Below are positions 13,301 to 26,940 of a stretch of 64,000 nucleotides of DNA, one piece after another; within the stretch, counting starts at the first letter, position 1, and every line of letters starts with the position of its first letter. The notes below the pieces were generated by a model. It was not told the origin of the DNA and searched no databases. It was given only the letters and a program-made list of their open reading frames with translations. The DNA is taken from the NCBI RefSeq assembly GCF_009914755.1, contig NC_060927.1. The stretch is one strand, 5' to 3'. The position numbers and the translations under genes are program-made. This stretch comes from the human T2T-CHM13v2.0 reference genome, Homo sapiens.

Positions 13301-14990
13301 TGATTCACCACATAAACAGAATTAAAAACAAAAACCATATGATCATCTCAATAGACATAGAGAAAGCATTTGAAATCCAGCATCTCTTTATGAGAAACAC
13401 CCTCAACAAACTAGGCATTGAAGACACATACCTAAAAATAATAAGAGCTATATACACATATAAATTTGACAACTTAGATGAACTTAGAGGATTTCAGTTT
13501 CTTGAAAGTATAAGTTACTATAACTCACTCAATATAAAATAGATTATTTCAGTAGCCTTATAACTATTAAAGAAATTGAAAAATTAGCCCCTGTCCCCAA
13601 AAATAAATCTCCAGATCCAGTGGCTTCACTGGAAAATTCTAACAAATGGGTAAAGAAGAATTAAAACCAATTTACATAATCTTGCAGAAAATATAGAAGG
13701 AGGGACTACTTCTCAATTTATTCCATAAAACTAGTATTACCCTGATGCCAAAGAAACAAAGACAGTTCAAAAAAAAAAGATAAAGGGAGAAAATTACAAA
13801 TCAATATACCTCCTGCATATAGATGCAAAAATCTTGTACAAAATATTAACAAAATGTAGCAATATATAAAAAGAGTTATACACTATGAGCAAGTGAGGTT
13901 TATTTCAGAGATGCAAAGCTGGTTCGGTTTTAAAAAAACAATCAATGTAATTCATATTATTGAAAGAGTAATTAAGAAAAATTATGTGATCATATCAACC
14001 AATGCAGAAAAAGCATTTGACAAAATTCAACACACATTCCTGAAAAAAATTATCAAAAAAAAAAAAATAGGAATAGAGGTAACTTCCTCAACTTGACAAA
14101 AAGCATGTACAAAAAACCTACAGCTACCACTGTACTTATTGGTGGAGGACTGAATGCTTCCCCCTTAAGATCAGGAACATGTCAAGGATGTCTACTCTCT
14201 CCACTCTTAATCAGCTTGGTACTAGAAGTTCTAGATTATGCAATAGATGAGAAAAGGAAATAAAATGCATCTAGTTTGGAAAGTGTGATGCATACTACTC
14301 TTATTTGCAGAAGTCATGATAGTCTACGTGGAAAATCCCAAGGAATCACCAGAAAACTCCCAGAACTAAAAGCAAATTTAGTTTTAGATCCAAGATAAAC
14401 CTACAAAAATTCATTGTGTGTGTGTTTGTGGTCTGTGTGTGTGTGTACACTAGAAACAAACATGGACACATATGGATACTGTGATAAATTGTATCAAATT
14501 AAAACATATGGACACACGGATACTGTGATAGATTGTATCAAATTAAAATATGATATTGTTTAGAGTCACTCAAAAACAAATGAAATATTTAGATGTCAAT
14601 CTAGCAAAACAGATACCAGACTTATATGCTGAAATAAACTAAAGATCTAAATAAATGGAGAGACATACAGTGTTCATAGATTGGAAGACTCAACATATTA
14701 AAGATCTCAATTCTACCCAAATTGATATGTAAATATAATGCAATTCCTATCAAAATCCTAGCAAGAAATCTTAGATATCAACAAGATTATTCTAAAATTT
14801 ATAGCGAGAAATAAAGGAATTAGATAGCTAAAACAATTTTGAAAAAGAATAAAGTGCGACCAATAGGTCTAGTATATTTCAAGACATTGTATAGCTACAG
14901 TAATCACAACTGTGGTATTGGCAGAGTGATGGATACATAAATCAATGGAACATAATAGAATGCAGAAATAGGCCCGTACAAATATTCCAA
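7318..14990 (+). mobile_element. Ancient near full-length L1M (L1MC-like): 5'UTR, ORF1, ORF2 remnants; interrupted at about 10721-13450
   Basis: 5' end GACTTCCCCTTCTGGGAAGATGG. ORF1-like fragment (LKGKNCQLRILY...NEGEIKAF, 8919-9182). EN-start-like ACATTAAATGTAAATGG at about 9543. RT-region fragment 13893-14096. Confidence 0.85.
10721..13450 (-). mobile_element. Older L1PA (about PA13-16) with 5' inversion (twin priming)
   Basis: T-rich tail and 3'UTR at 10721, minus-strand ORF2 up to about 12843, then plus-strand ORF2 (DKFLE...YLKIIRAIY) at about 12848-13450. Confidence 0.88.
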
Positions 14991-14997
14991 AATATAT

Positions 14998-17435
14998 TTT
15001 TAATTGAACTATAATTTACATAGCACAAAAGTCACCCTTTTAAAGTGTAAAATTCAGTGGTTTTTAGTATATTCACAAGGTTGTTCAAATATTATCTCTG
15101 TCTAATTTTAGAAAAGTTTCATCGCTCCAAAAAGAAGCCCCATTCTCTCAACCTCTAGCAATCACTAATATACTTTTTTTTCCCCTATGGATTTGACTAT
15201 TCTGGACACTTTATGTGTCCAGGTGGAATCATGCAATGTGTTGCCTTTTGTGTAGGGCTTTTTCAACTTGGCATGTTTTCGAGGTTCATCCATGTTAAGC
15301 GTGTATCAGTATTTCATCCACTTTTATGGATGAATAATATTTTCATTTTTTTGTTTACCCATTCATTAGTTGATGACCTGAGTTGTTTCCACTTTGTCTA
15401 TTATAAATAATGCTATTATGAATATTCATTAACAAGCTTTTGTGCAGAAATATGTTTCACCTCTCTTGGGTATATACTTAAGAGTGGAATTGCTAGTTCA
15501 TATGGTACTTCTGTTTAACCTTTTGAGAAATCGCCAAACTTTTCTAAAAAGGCTGTATCATTTTATATTCCCACCAGCAATGTATGAGGGTTCCAGTTTC
15601 TTCACATACTCATCAATACTCATTATTTCCTGTCTTTTTGAGCACAGCCATCCTGGTGGGTATATCATTGTGGTTTTGATTTATATTTTCTTGATGGTTA
15701 ATGATGTTGAGCGTCTTCCCACAGGCTTATTGGCCATTTGTGTATCTTTTTTAGAGAAATGTCTGTTCAGATCCTCTACTCATTTTTATTTGGGTTATTT
15801 GTCTTTTTATTACTAAGTTGTAAGCATTCTTTATGTATTATGAATACAGTTCACTTACTATATATATGATTTGTGAGTATTTTCTCCCATTCTCTGGATT
15901 GTGTTTTTACTTTATTAATAATATCCTTTGAAGCACAAAAATATTTAATTTTAATTTATCTATTTTTGTCTGGTTGCTTATGCTTGAGTTATTTCTAAGA
16001 AGCCATTGCCTATCCAAGGTTGTAAAGATTTACACCTATATTTTCCTCTAGGAATTTTATAAATTTATCTCTTAAATTGAGGTCTTTGGTCCATTTTGAT
16101 TTAATTTTTGTATATGAAGTAAAATAGGATTCCAACTTCATTCTTTTGCATGTGGATGTCCAGTTGTCTCAGTACCACTTATTGAAAAGACTACTGTTCC
16201 TCATTTAATTGTCTTGGTATCCTTGTCTATAACCAATTCACTATAAATTTAATGGCTTATTTCTGGATTTCATTCCATTACATTGAGCTATGTTTATCCT
16301 AAGGCAGTACAAGAATGTTTTGGTTATTCTAACTTTGTAGTAAGTTTTGAAATTGTGATGTGGAGTCCTCTAGCTTAGTTTTTATTTTTTAAGATGATTT
16401 TGGCCATTCTTGCCTTTGTATTTCCATATGAATTTTAGGATAAGTTTATACATTTATGCAAAAATCGATAACAAAAGAACAAAAACAGCTGGAATTTTGA
16501 TGGGGATTGTATCGAATCTGTAGATGAGTTTGGAGAGTACTGACATTTTATTATTGAATAATAAGTGATTTAATCCACAAACATGGGATATCTTTCCATT
16601 TATTTGCATCTTTAATTTATTTCAATGATGTTTGTAGTTTTCCATGTACAAATCTTATAATTTTTTGTTAAATTTATACTCAGGTATTTTTTTTCTTTCA
16701 ATGATATTGTAAATAGAATTTTTAAAGTTACCATTTTGGCTTGTTCATTGTTAGTATATATAAAGACAATTGTTTTTTATATTGATCTTTTATTTAAACC
16801 TTCCTGAATTTATTTATTAGTTCTGACAATTTTTTATGGACTCCTTAAGATTTTAAGTATACTAGATCATGTCATCTTTGCATAGAGATAATTTTACTTC
16901 TTTTCTTCTCTTAATTCCTTTTTTTCCTTCTTCTTACCTGTCCAGTATCTCCAGTACAATACTGAATAGAAGTGATGAGAGATCCTTGTATTGTTTTTTA
17001 TCTTGGCAGGGGGGAAAGCATTCAGTCTTTATTCATGAACTATGATTTTAACTGTGATTTTTCATATATGCCTTCTATCAGGTTGAGAAAGTTCCTTTGT
17101 GGTCTTAGTTTGTGCTTTTATTTTGAAAGGGTGTTGGATTTTGTCAAATATTTTTTCTGCATCTATTGACATGACCATATGGTTTTTCTTCTTTAGTCCA
17201 TTAATATAGTGTACAATTCAGATAGACTTTTAGATGTTATACCAATTTTGCATTCCTCGAATAAATCCTAATTGGTTATGGTATTTGATCATTTTTATAT
17301 GTTGCTGTATTTGATTTTCTAATATTCTGTTGAGGATTTTTGCATCTATATTCATAAGGAATATTGGTCTGTACTTTTCTTGTGATATCTTTATCTGGTT
17401 TTGGTATCAGGTTACTGCTGCCCCATAGAATTAGT
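14998..17435 (-). mobile_element. L1MB-like LINE, 5' truncated
   Basis: L1M 3'UTR pattern (AAAGTGTAAAATTCAGTGGTTTTTAGTATATTCAC) followed by antisense ORF2-like sequence. Confidence 0.8.
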
Positions 17436-17678
17436 TGTAACTTATGTCCCTGAGTTGCATAGTCCTCTAATATTTACTAGGTTGTGTTCCATAGCCTTTA
17501 TTCTGTTTATGGCCCCATGCTGGTCCTCATTAGCCCTCCACTGAAAGCCAGGCATTCCAGAAGAGTGTATCACAAGATAGGACTGTGGTTTCTAGCCCTG
17601 GAAGAACCATTCCAAAACTCTTGTCTTACCTGGTGATGGAAAGAGCAGTAGGATCCTGTATAAGGAGGCTTGCACTAA

Positions 17679-18057
<379 letters not shown>

Positions 18058-18572
18058 CACAAGATGAGTCTTATCTCTCCCTTTCAATGTTCATTGACCT
18101 GGTCTGTGCTGGGCCAGAAGTGGTCAGAGAGATCCATCGTCAAGAATTTTGAGAGTTCATTGAGTCTTACCTGCACTCTTGTAGCCTAATAGCATTGAGG
18201 CTGCTTTCTACCTTTAGGGTATATGTCTTACACATTGGTAGTGCCTAGTGTCAGAGGCCAGGAGCCTCACTTCTCAGAGATGTGCTTAAACTTTCCTTGG
18301 AGCATTGGCACACCCTCTGAATTAGATATTTTAAAGTAATCATAATTTGCATTGAGTATTGTTAATTCTAATAATGAGTAGGCCAGAATTTAAATGAGGA
18401 CAGAATACATAGCATTTCTAGGACTGCTCTAGAATAAGGGGTCCTCTGACAATCTAGATGAATTTAGATGCAGGAAAATGGGCAAAAGTCTCGTGCATTA
18501 TGATCTTTCTGATTTCTTATTTATTCACCCATCATTGCAAAGTTGGTAGCTAAGCATTAAGAACCTTTCGTG

Positions 18573-18791
18573 CAGGGTTTGACAAGATACATACTCATGG
18601 GCCAAATCTGGACTACCACCTGTTTTTGTAAATAAACTTTTATTGGAACACAGCCACTTCACTTGTTTATGTTTTATCTATGGCTGCTTCAGTGCTACAA
18701 AAGCAGAGTTGAGTAGTTATGATAGAGACTGGCCCAAAAAGCCAAAATATTTACTATCTGAAATTGTACAGAAAATGTTTGCCAACATCTG
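18573..18791. mobile_element. MER58A (hAT-Charlie) MITE
   Basis: CAGGG...CTG termini; internal GGGCCAAATCTGG...TTTTATTGGAACACAGCCA. Confidence 0.85.
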
Positions 18792-19149
18792 TTAGAATCA
18801 CAAAATCACTCAAAATATTTCTTTGCTAAATCACATTTCAAAAGTTGCCCTGTAGGTTTATGCTTTCATACGTCCTTGTCACTGGAAAATCCCTCATCAT
18901 ATGGTTGTGTTCTGCATTTCACTGTCTAAAACTTTGAGGAGAAACTCTGAGAAGAAGCCACTCAATTCCAAATCTCATTCTGTAGCAAAAACTGTTATGT
19001 AAAATTCCCATACACCTTTACTTTTATGAATTTTAAAATGACATCTCATAAACTTGACCTTCAAGAAATATATTCAAGGTTTCAGGCAATAAAATATCAA
19101 ACTTTGCAAAATATTATTTAACTTGTTTTAAGATTAGGGAAAGGGATAA

Positions 19150-19330
19150 GATATACTATTTTGAGAACGACTGTGTACCAGGCATTGTGCTAGAGACTAC
19201 ATTCATTTATTGTTGTTTTCCTTTTATATCTTTTATATTTTTTATAGATAAAGAAACTGAGGTTCAAGATTAAACGACTTGCTCAAAGTTACACCACTAG
19301 GTCTGTCTGGTTCTCAAAAGTAGGCTTCTT
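19150..19330 (-). mobile_element. MIR fragment
   Basis: TGTGTACCAGGCATTGTGCTA...TAGATAAAGAAACTGAGG. Confidence 0.65.
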
Positions 19331-19339
19331 TTATTACCT

Positions 19340-19505
19340 CAGTGGTTCTTAAAGGAAGGCTCCTAGAAAACAACATTAGCACTGCCTGGGAACTTGTTAG
19401 AAATGTAAATTCTCATGCTTTAGACCTGTTGAATCAGAAACTCTGGAGGTGGCATTCAGCAATGTGTGCTTGAGTGAGGCCTGCATAAATGTCTGAGAAC
19501 ACCTG
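19340..19505. mobile_element. MER5A (hAT-Charlie)
   Basis: CAGTGGTTCT...CCTGGGAACTTGTTAGAAATG...GAATCAGAAACTCTGG...TGAGAACACCTG. Confidence 0.85.
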
Positions 19506-22379
19506 GATTATACTATCCTATCATGCACTGGCTAATGTTGTGGTATGACAGTACTTAGTTCCTTTGTCTTCTCTGGGGAATTTTGGATGCAGTTCAACCA
19601 ACAAAACTTGATGCTGTGCCCATGTACTGATTCCTTCCTGTGCCTAAAAGTACAGGCTGTGGTATTTCAGTACATCAGCTTTGTCTGCAAGCCTGGAGCT
19701 AAGGAGGGCAGAAGAAGCAGATGTGATAGGCTTTGTTTTTCATGTCTACTCTCAGGACCTTTTTCTTTAGTGAGGACCCAAGATCACACTTGAGATATGG
19801 GCTTCAGAAAGCAAGATGAACAAATGCCATCCCCAGGTGGCAGAGACGAGTCTGGGACCCAGGCTGGGAGCTGGAGGAGAGCCCAAACCAGCATGCTATG
19901 CAAGCAGAATCATGGCAGAACAGGCAAGAGCAACCAGCTCAGGAAAGGAGAAGAACAAGGTCCAAAGGGAACAAATAAGGGTTACCTTCCTTCTTTAGTT
20001 TTGCATGCTTTAGTATGCTGGGCTTCAGGATCTGATGAGAGGCTTTAAGATGTGCACAATCTGGCTTTGGAGTCCAGCTGGGGAAGAAACAGACAGCAGC
20101 AGTGACTGACTTATTCTTTCTAAAAGTTAATGTTTTCGTAGATGAGAAACGTTATCAGTATACAGCGAGGCATCCTGACAGGAATTGAGGGTGACAGGAA
20201 ATGTTAGAATAATCTGTTGTTCAGGTGTGTTTGAAGGCTTTGTCTCTTAGACTGTGGACAGATATAATTTGAAGGCAGATGGGCAGTGGCTAGAACAGAT
20301 GGAAAATACCTCCCCTCTAGTCCCACACTGTGTTTCCCTCTCGCTGATACTATGTCTTCCTCCCACGACCTGGTGACAGCTTGTTTCATTCTGTTGCCTT
20401 ACATGTCAGTGACAGCTTCCCTGTCTTCACTGGAGTTGCTTTCTCAGGAATTAACTCATGTAAGAGTCCTGGGGCTGATCTGCCCCTGGCATTCAGCTTT
20501 CTCGCTGGAAACCACATACCTTGAGTTCAGGTGATGCTTTTTGTGCCTGGGTGTAAACACGGACTGCACTATTGGTTTAAGATTCTTTACATGTGCTTCT
20601 ACAGGGTTCAGGGACGGGGCAGATAAAGATAGAGTGAAGGCTGTGGGACTGGAAAGTCTCAAGTGTGGGTGTGTTCAGGTGGGGAGGGTGACTGTCAGTT
20701 TTGAAGGTATGGAAACACTGGAGCACAAGGCAGGCAGGGGTTCTGTAAATATGACAGTTGGTGCTCAGGGAACAATAGAATTGAAGAGTCAAGTATATTC
20801 ATGAACTGGGTGGGTTATCAAAATACAGATCACCAATTACAAGGTCAGGAACCCTATAGCTTCGAGGAGAAGTGGATTAGGAAGTCAGGGCCATTGTTCT
20901 GCAGGAAGCAACAGGAAAGCTAGAGGTCTGGCATTCCACTGAGGACCTTGGCTCATGTTTCCATATGGGAATTTCTTCTCATCATTACTTTGGAAATTTG
21001 CATACTTCCCCAAATCCTAAATCCCAAGAAAAATCAGTAGAAACATCATGAAAATAAGGAAAAGTATTATAATTCTTCTGTGAGCAATATGCTTTACAGT
21101 CAATGCAGAGATGTTACTGGTTTAAAGGAATTCACCGATGTCAAGGACAAGCAGGAACAGGAAATGCTGATGTATGGAGTTGAAGGTGAAGGTCAACATT
21201 TCTAGCAATCAGGACAGGAGCACTTGGGAGAGAAATGGCCACTATTGCCATGTTGTAAGTATGTGTTTCTAGCCTCCTTTGCTGCTAACATGAGTCATTT
21301 GTGCAAAAATCTACAAATATAGGCATGATATACTTTATACAAATCTTATGAATGACGTTTTGAAATATTAAAAAATTTCAGAAACAAAATAAGTCCTTAA
21401 TTTGGCAATTTCAACACCTACATCTGTGTAATACTGTTAACCTTCCTAGGAGAGTCAAATATTATGTTATTCAAATTCTATTGAATAACGTTCATCCCCA
21501 TTTTCCTGTTTGGATATTCATTATAGGCTGAAGTTCTTTATAAATACTACTAAACCAGTATTTCTTTTTGTTAAAGACATTTTTAGGTATCTGCAATAAT
21601 GAGTGAAGAGTATACAGAGTGTTGGAAGTGTTTAAGAAATTTATGACTTTGGGATTTCCCAGGATTCTCAGGAATTCTAATTTCTTTCTGAATCCTCAAG
21701 ATTAATATTTGTGGAGAATCTGGAAACACTAGCCTTGGCTCTAGTCCCTTCAACAGAGGAGTCAGAACCATTGTGGCTAGTGCAGCCTCCACAGGGGAGT
21801 GATGGGGGATTTATGGGGCTGGAGGAAACAGGAATGGGAGAAGGGACCACGAAGGCCAACTCCATGGCTCAGATGTGCACTCACAACTTGAGAGCCCCAG
21901 TATCTCCAAGCAGCAAACAAGACATGGTAGGGTGGACTTCCAGTTCTGGAATAATGATGCCTCTCTGAGAACATTCGCCTTGGCCTGTGCTGAGTTGCAC
22001 AGCCACATGAGCTGCAGTGAGACTCAGGGAGACACTGTCACAGAAAGAATCAGAAGGCAGAGCATGCAAATACAGCATGCAGAAATATGCTTGCACCGTA
22101 ATACACAAAGACTCCCCGACGTGGAGCTTGCAGTTCTGGGTTGCTTCAGCCTGGCAGATTCCTCCCAGGGCTCTAATTACTCTCTTGAGGACTTGTGACT
22201 TATATTTAACTTTAAAATGTATACGTGTGTATCTCTGTTGCACTGAAGCCAAGTTGTCATTCTCCAGGTCCCTAAATCTGTCCTCATCTGTCTTTGTGGT
22301 CTGGCTTAGTTTAGTGTTTTATGGAACTTGGTTTAACTTAGTCTTCACATTAGTTGTTATCCCCAATAACAGTTAATTA

Positions 22380-22510
22380 TTTCCATTGAAACAAAGGTTC
22401 CATGAGGTAGGTCACTGATCCAAAGTCACCCAGCTTGGCAGTGACAGAGCAGGCGTCCATGCCCAGATCTGCCTACCCACCCCCATACACTTGGTCATCT
22501 TGCTCCAACC
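22380..22510 (-). mobile_element. MIR fragment
   Basis: CCAAAGTCACCCAGCT.GGCAGTGACAGAGC core-like motif. Confidence 0.5.
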
Positions 22511-23479
22511 CAGGTTAAATCATTTAGTGCTTTCAGTCCAGGTCTCTTGCTGGAAGGGCCTTCAAGTGACTATGGATGGCCCATCCCCTGCCTTCCTATA
22601 GGCAGGATGTTATAATCTCCCTACTAGGGATGACCTGTCTGAGACATTAACATTGTGCATGTGCCTCACACAAGGTCAAATAGTAAAATGTGAAAGAGAA
22701 AGTAGAGTCATGAGGTTTTTTTCTGTCAAACCATGTTGTTCTTATTTTTGGCTTTTAACTTTCACCATGAAGAATGGATAGTTTAGCTGAAGGGATCAAC
22801 AAATTTTGGACCAGGACATTCTGAAGAGCATCTCAGGCTGGGGAAAGCCTCTGGACATGGGTGCAGACACAGTCCTGCTGTTTACTCTGACCAGTTTCTG
22901 TGATGTGGCCACCTGGTCCTTGTATATTTGAGGCCTGTCATCCATCAGAGGAACTGGAATTTGCCCAATAACATACAATGTGGCCTTTGTTTGGGCTTGG
23001 CCTTCATTTATTGGCCCAAATAAGAAGGGAGCTTATGAAAGGGACTCAAAGAAGAGCTACAAAGTGACCAGAGGCCCAAAAGATATGATTTAATAAGAAA
23101 AATAGAAACACTAATGACAGGTTAACTGCTAAATTATGGCTACTGCTGACTTTAACTTTCATAACAATAGTGAATTTTGTTTAGTGACACTAAGAGCTTT
23201 TAGTATCCTTGAATTCTAACCAGGGAAGAATGAACACTCCACTGATATATACTATGTATGATAGGTATATGCTTTTGTGGAGGAAAAAGGACAATTTAGA
23301 ACTATAGTGAATTAAATTATAGGTAGAATTATAAAGAGAGAGAAAGTAAAATTCAAATGAAAAGGAGGAGGAGAGAGAAGTAGGGATGAGAGTCCAGAGA
23401 AGCAGCTTTCAACCAGCTTTGGCTAAACTGTGGTCTCCTAGGAGAAAGCAGGAAGCTTGGCATCTCCCATGAAACTGAA

Positions 23480-24250
23480 ACTGAACATGCCTGTGTAACC
23501 AGCACACAGATCAAGAAGTGTGAACTGTCTGAGTTTCATAAGCCACCCTGTGCTGCCTTTTAATCACTATTCACCAAGGATAATGCCAGCCTTGAATTCT
23601 AGTGACATAAATTAATTTGCCTATTTTTGAACTTTATATAAATGGTATCATTTATATTTATATAAATATATCCTCTTTCGAGTCTGGTTTCCTTTGTTCA
23701 GTCATGTTCAAAAGAGTCACCTGCATGTTGCATGTTGTACAGATTATTCTCTTTCCTCTATAGTATTCAATGTATTGATCTATTCTACTGTCTGTGGGCA
23801 TTTGGGTAGTTTCTAGTTTGGGTCTCTTATAGATACTTCTGCTGTGAGCATTCTATATTCTTATGACCCTATGGCTGCATTTCTGCTATGTATATACCCA
23901 AAGATGGGATTGCTAGGTCATAGAGAATGCATGTATTAGGGCAGATATTGCCAAATAGTTTTCCTAAGCAGTTGTACCAGTTTACACTCCCACCAGTAAC
24001 ATATGAGGGTTCTGATTATTCCATATGCTCATGAAAATTTGGTATTATCTGTTTTAATTTTATCTTCCTACTTTTAAAAATATTTTAGAACTTTTTTGTA
24101 GAGACGAGGTCTCACTATGTTGCCCAGGCTGGTGTCAAATCCTAGCCTCAAGAGATCCTCCTGCCTCAAACTCCCAGAGTGCTGGAATTATAGGCATGCA
24201 CCACCAAGCCCGGCCCTTCTATTTTCACTTTAGCCATTCTGATGGTGCTA
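23480..24250 (-). mobile_element. Old L1ME-like 3' fragment
   Basis: TTTGAACTTTATATAAATGG...GGGCATTTGGGTAGTTTC...TTTACACTCCCACCAG. Confidence 0.7.
24075..24214 (-). mobile_element. FLAM (free left Alu monomer)
   Basis: Single left monomer ending GCCCGGCC, nested in the L1 fragment. Confidence 0.85.
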
Positions 24251-24254
24251 ATAT

Positions 24255-24360
24255 AACAGATGAGAAAGCTAAGGCGTGGAGAGGTGCCTAACATTCTACA
24301 TCTCACAAGTGGCAAAGCAGGAGTTTGAGCCCTCTTGGCCTGGCACCAGGGCAATGCTCT
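24255..24360 (-). mobile_element. MIR fragment
   Basis: ACAGATGAGAAAGCTAAGG...AAGTGGCAAAGCAGGAGTTTGAGCC. Confidence 0.55.
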
Positions 24361-26544
24361 TCCCACCTTGTTATCCTCCCTTCCTCATAGAAGATGCTTC
24401 ATTTCCTGAGTGATGACCCACACCGTCCAGCCCTGGCCAGTCCTCTGTCCACCAGAGTGATAGTGCAGTCAGCCTCTGTGGGTCCTTGTGTTGAGCCAAC
24501 TTTAGAATGTCATTTCCGGACCTTGGAAAACCATAGGCTGCCCCAAATCTCACTTTGGCTTCAAATTAAAACTTGCCAATCCCATTAATGAATTTCCTAA
24601 TGAGCCACAAACTCAGCTCACTTTTGGTTTATCTCCTTGTCTTCTGTGGCCAACCTCTAAGGAATTTTGACATGAAACAGCTCAAGAAAGAGCAGCCAGT
24701 TCAAAGCAGAGCTTTCAGCAGGAAAACAGCCAGAGAGGGCAACACTCTAGAGTGATCTGGCTCTTTCTGTAGCTCTTGAAAAGGATACACATGAAGACTA
24801 TGTAGCTACATGGAAAAAAAGTCCATGCAGTTAAAAAAATAAAGCAGGACATAAAATATCATGATCACTGAAATTACATCTAGTGAAACACACACGTGCT
24901 TATCTGCACGTGTGTGTAAGTTAGAAAGAAAAAACAAAGGCCTAACAGTGATTGTCTTAGGTTGATAGGATAGTGGGTGGGATTTGCAGAATTTTTGTAT
25001 CTGCAGAATTTTTGCAAAGTGCCCATTAGTTTTGTAAAGAAAAAAACCTAAATGTATAACTTCTAAAGAGATAATTTTTTCTTTCATGTTTTTGCTACCT
25101 ATATCTAGGAAAATAACTTAGAATTGTAATTATTTTGAAGCTCTGGAATTATTATGTTCAAAAATTACAGAACCAAAATGTAAAGATTTAATGGCAGGAT
25201 AATCTGATGAAGTGAGTAACAGAAGCCAATGTTCCAGTGAGGAAATGATTCTGAATCAATAAAATAGAATCTGTTCCAGAAGTAGAATTTAGGAGAGTAT
25301 AATTTCTGGGTGTGTGTAATATGTATACATCAATGAGTATGTATGTATGCATGCATGTGTATGTGTAGATATACACATGTTATTTATCTGTTTATCCTAA
25401 TTCTTATTAGACACCTGTTTTTAAGATGAATGAGGTGCTAAAGAACTGCAAAGTAATATATGCTTAATGTTTGTATAATAGTAGATACTACTCAATAAAA
25501 TATATGTTAAGGTACATATTTTTATATATGTGTGTGTTTTAACACACTTGAATCATACATACATAAATCTGCATGGAAATACACACAATGATATCATTAG
25601 CTATTTTTTTGTGCATGCATTTTGAATCATTTTCCTTTATACTCTATTGTATTTGGAGAATTTTTAATGATGAATATACGTTTGTGTTTAAATGAAAAAT
25701 ATCAGATGGTGCCAGGTAATGTCTGAAATTTTAGGGCCCCCTGTAAGGTGAGTAAAGATACTGGAAAGGAAAAGGAAGTGTTGTAGAAAGATAGTGCTAT
25801 TTTCTATTTTCCAAAGGGACATTGGATTATATTATTCAAACCTCAATTCTTTTTGCTCTTAAGTAGCTAGTGTAGTGGAAGAATTTTGAATGTTGTACTA
25901 GATCTTTGGCTAATAATGAGAGTATGTTCTTAGCTCTGTTCTCTTTTCAATGGTATGTTTTATTTTCTGTAAAATTTATGGATTTAATAGCTTCTATTTC
26001 TTCACTTATCTTAATGGAGAAAAATTATTTTATTTTTTAATGGTACATGATTTCTTATTGCTCAAATATTTCACTGTACTTGGATGGATGGTGAGACATT
26101 ATTCATTATTTGCACTTAATATTTATTAAAGCAAACAATAGACTAAAAATGCATATGAAAGCAAATAAGCATAATTTTGTTTATTGAAATTAATTTCTTT
26201 AAAAATGCTTTCTGGTTATAAATTTATGACAATATAGAAAACTAGGAAAAGGACATAGAAGTTTAAAGAAAATAAAAATTATATCTAATTTCACACCTTA
26301 GAAATAACCACTGTAAAACATTGGTAAGTTGTCTTCTTACATATTCAGCATTTTATTACCAGTTACTACTTTTAATGGATATTTATTGAGCCCCATGGTA
26401 TGCATTGCTGTACTTTGGAAAAAAGTGAATGAAAAAGGTAAATAAAATCCTGCCCCACATCATTTACTGTCTGGCTGGGGTCACTATATGTGTATGTGAG
26501 GGAGTGTACAAGAGGAAGGGGAGACAATTGAAGGTAAAATAGAA

Positions 26545-26871
26545 GTACCTGGTGGGTAATTTAAAAAGAAAAGAGGCTTATTTGGCTCATGGTTCTTCAG
26601 GCTGTACAAGCATCTGCTCAGCTTCTGGTAACACCTCAGGAAGCTTTTACTCGTGAGTGAGTGAGAGAGGGAGATGTCAGGCTCTTTTAGGCACCAGCTC
26701 TTGTATGAACTAATAGAGTAAAAATTCACTCATTACTGTGGGGAGGGCACTAAGCCATTCATGAAAGAGCCACCTCCATGACCCTAACACCTCCTACTGG
26801 GCCCCACCTCCAACATTGGGAATCACATTTCAACATGAGATTTGGAGAGGACAAACATCCAAACTATATCG
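26545..26871. mobile_element. MST (MaLR) LTR fragment
   Basis: GGGTAATTTAAAAAGAAAAGAGG.TTATTTGGCTCATGGTTCT...CAACATGAGATTTGGAGAGGACAAACATCCAAACTATATC. Confidence 0.85.
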
Positions 26872-26896
26872 GGAGGAAATACAGTCTTTTAAAAAT

Positions 26897-26940
26897 GTAT
26901 GTGTGTGTGTGTGTGTGTGTATATATATACACACACACAC
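26897..26940. repeat. (TG)n(TA)n(CA)n microsatellite
   Basis: Directly visible. Confidence 0.9.

Noticed and set aside
19545-22376. Many 60-120 aa ORFs on both strands, including 21583-22376
   Set aside because: No recognisable protein similarity or consistent exon structure; expected by chance in more GC-balanced DNA.
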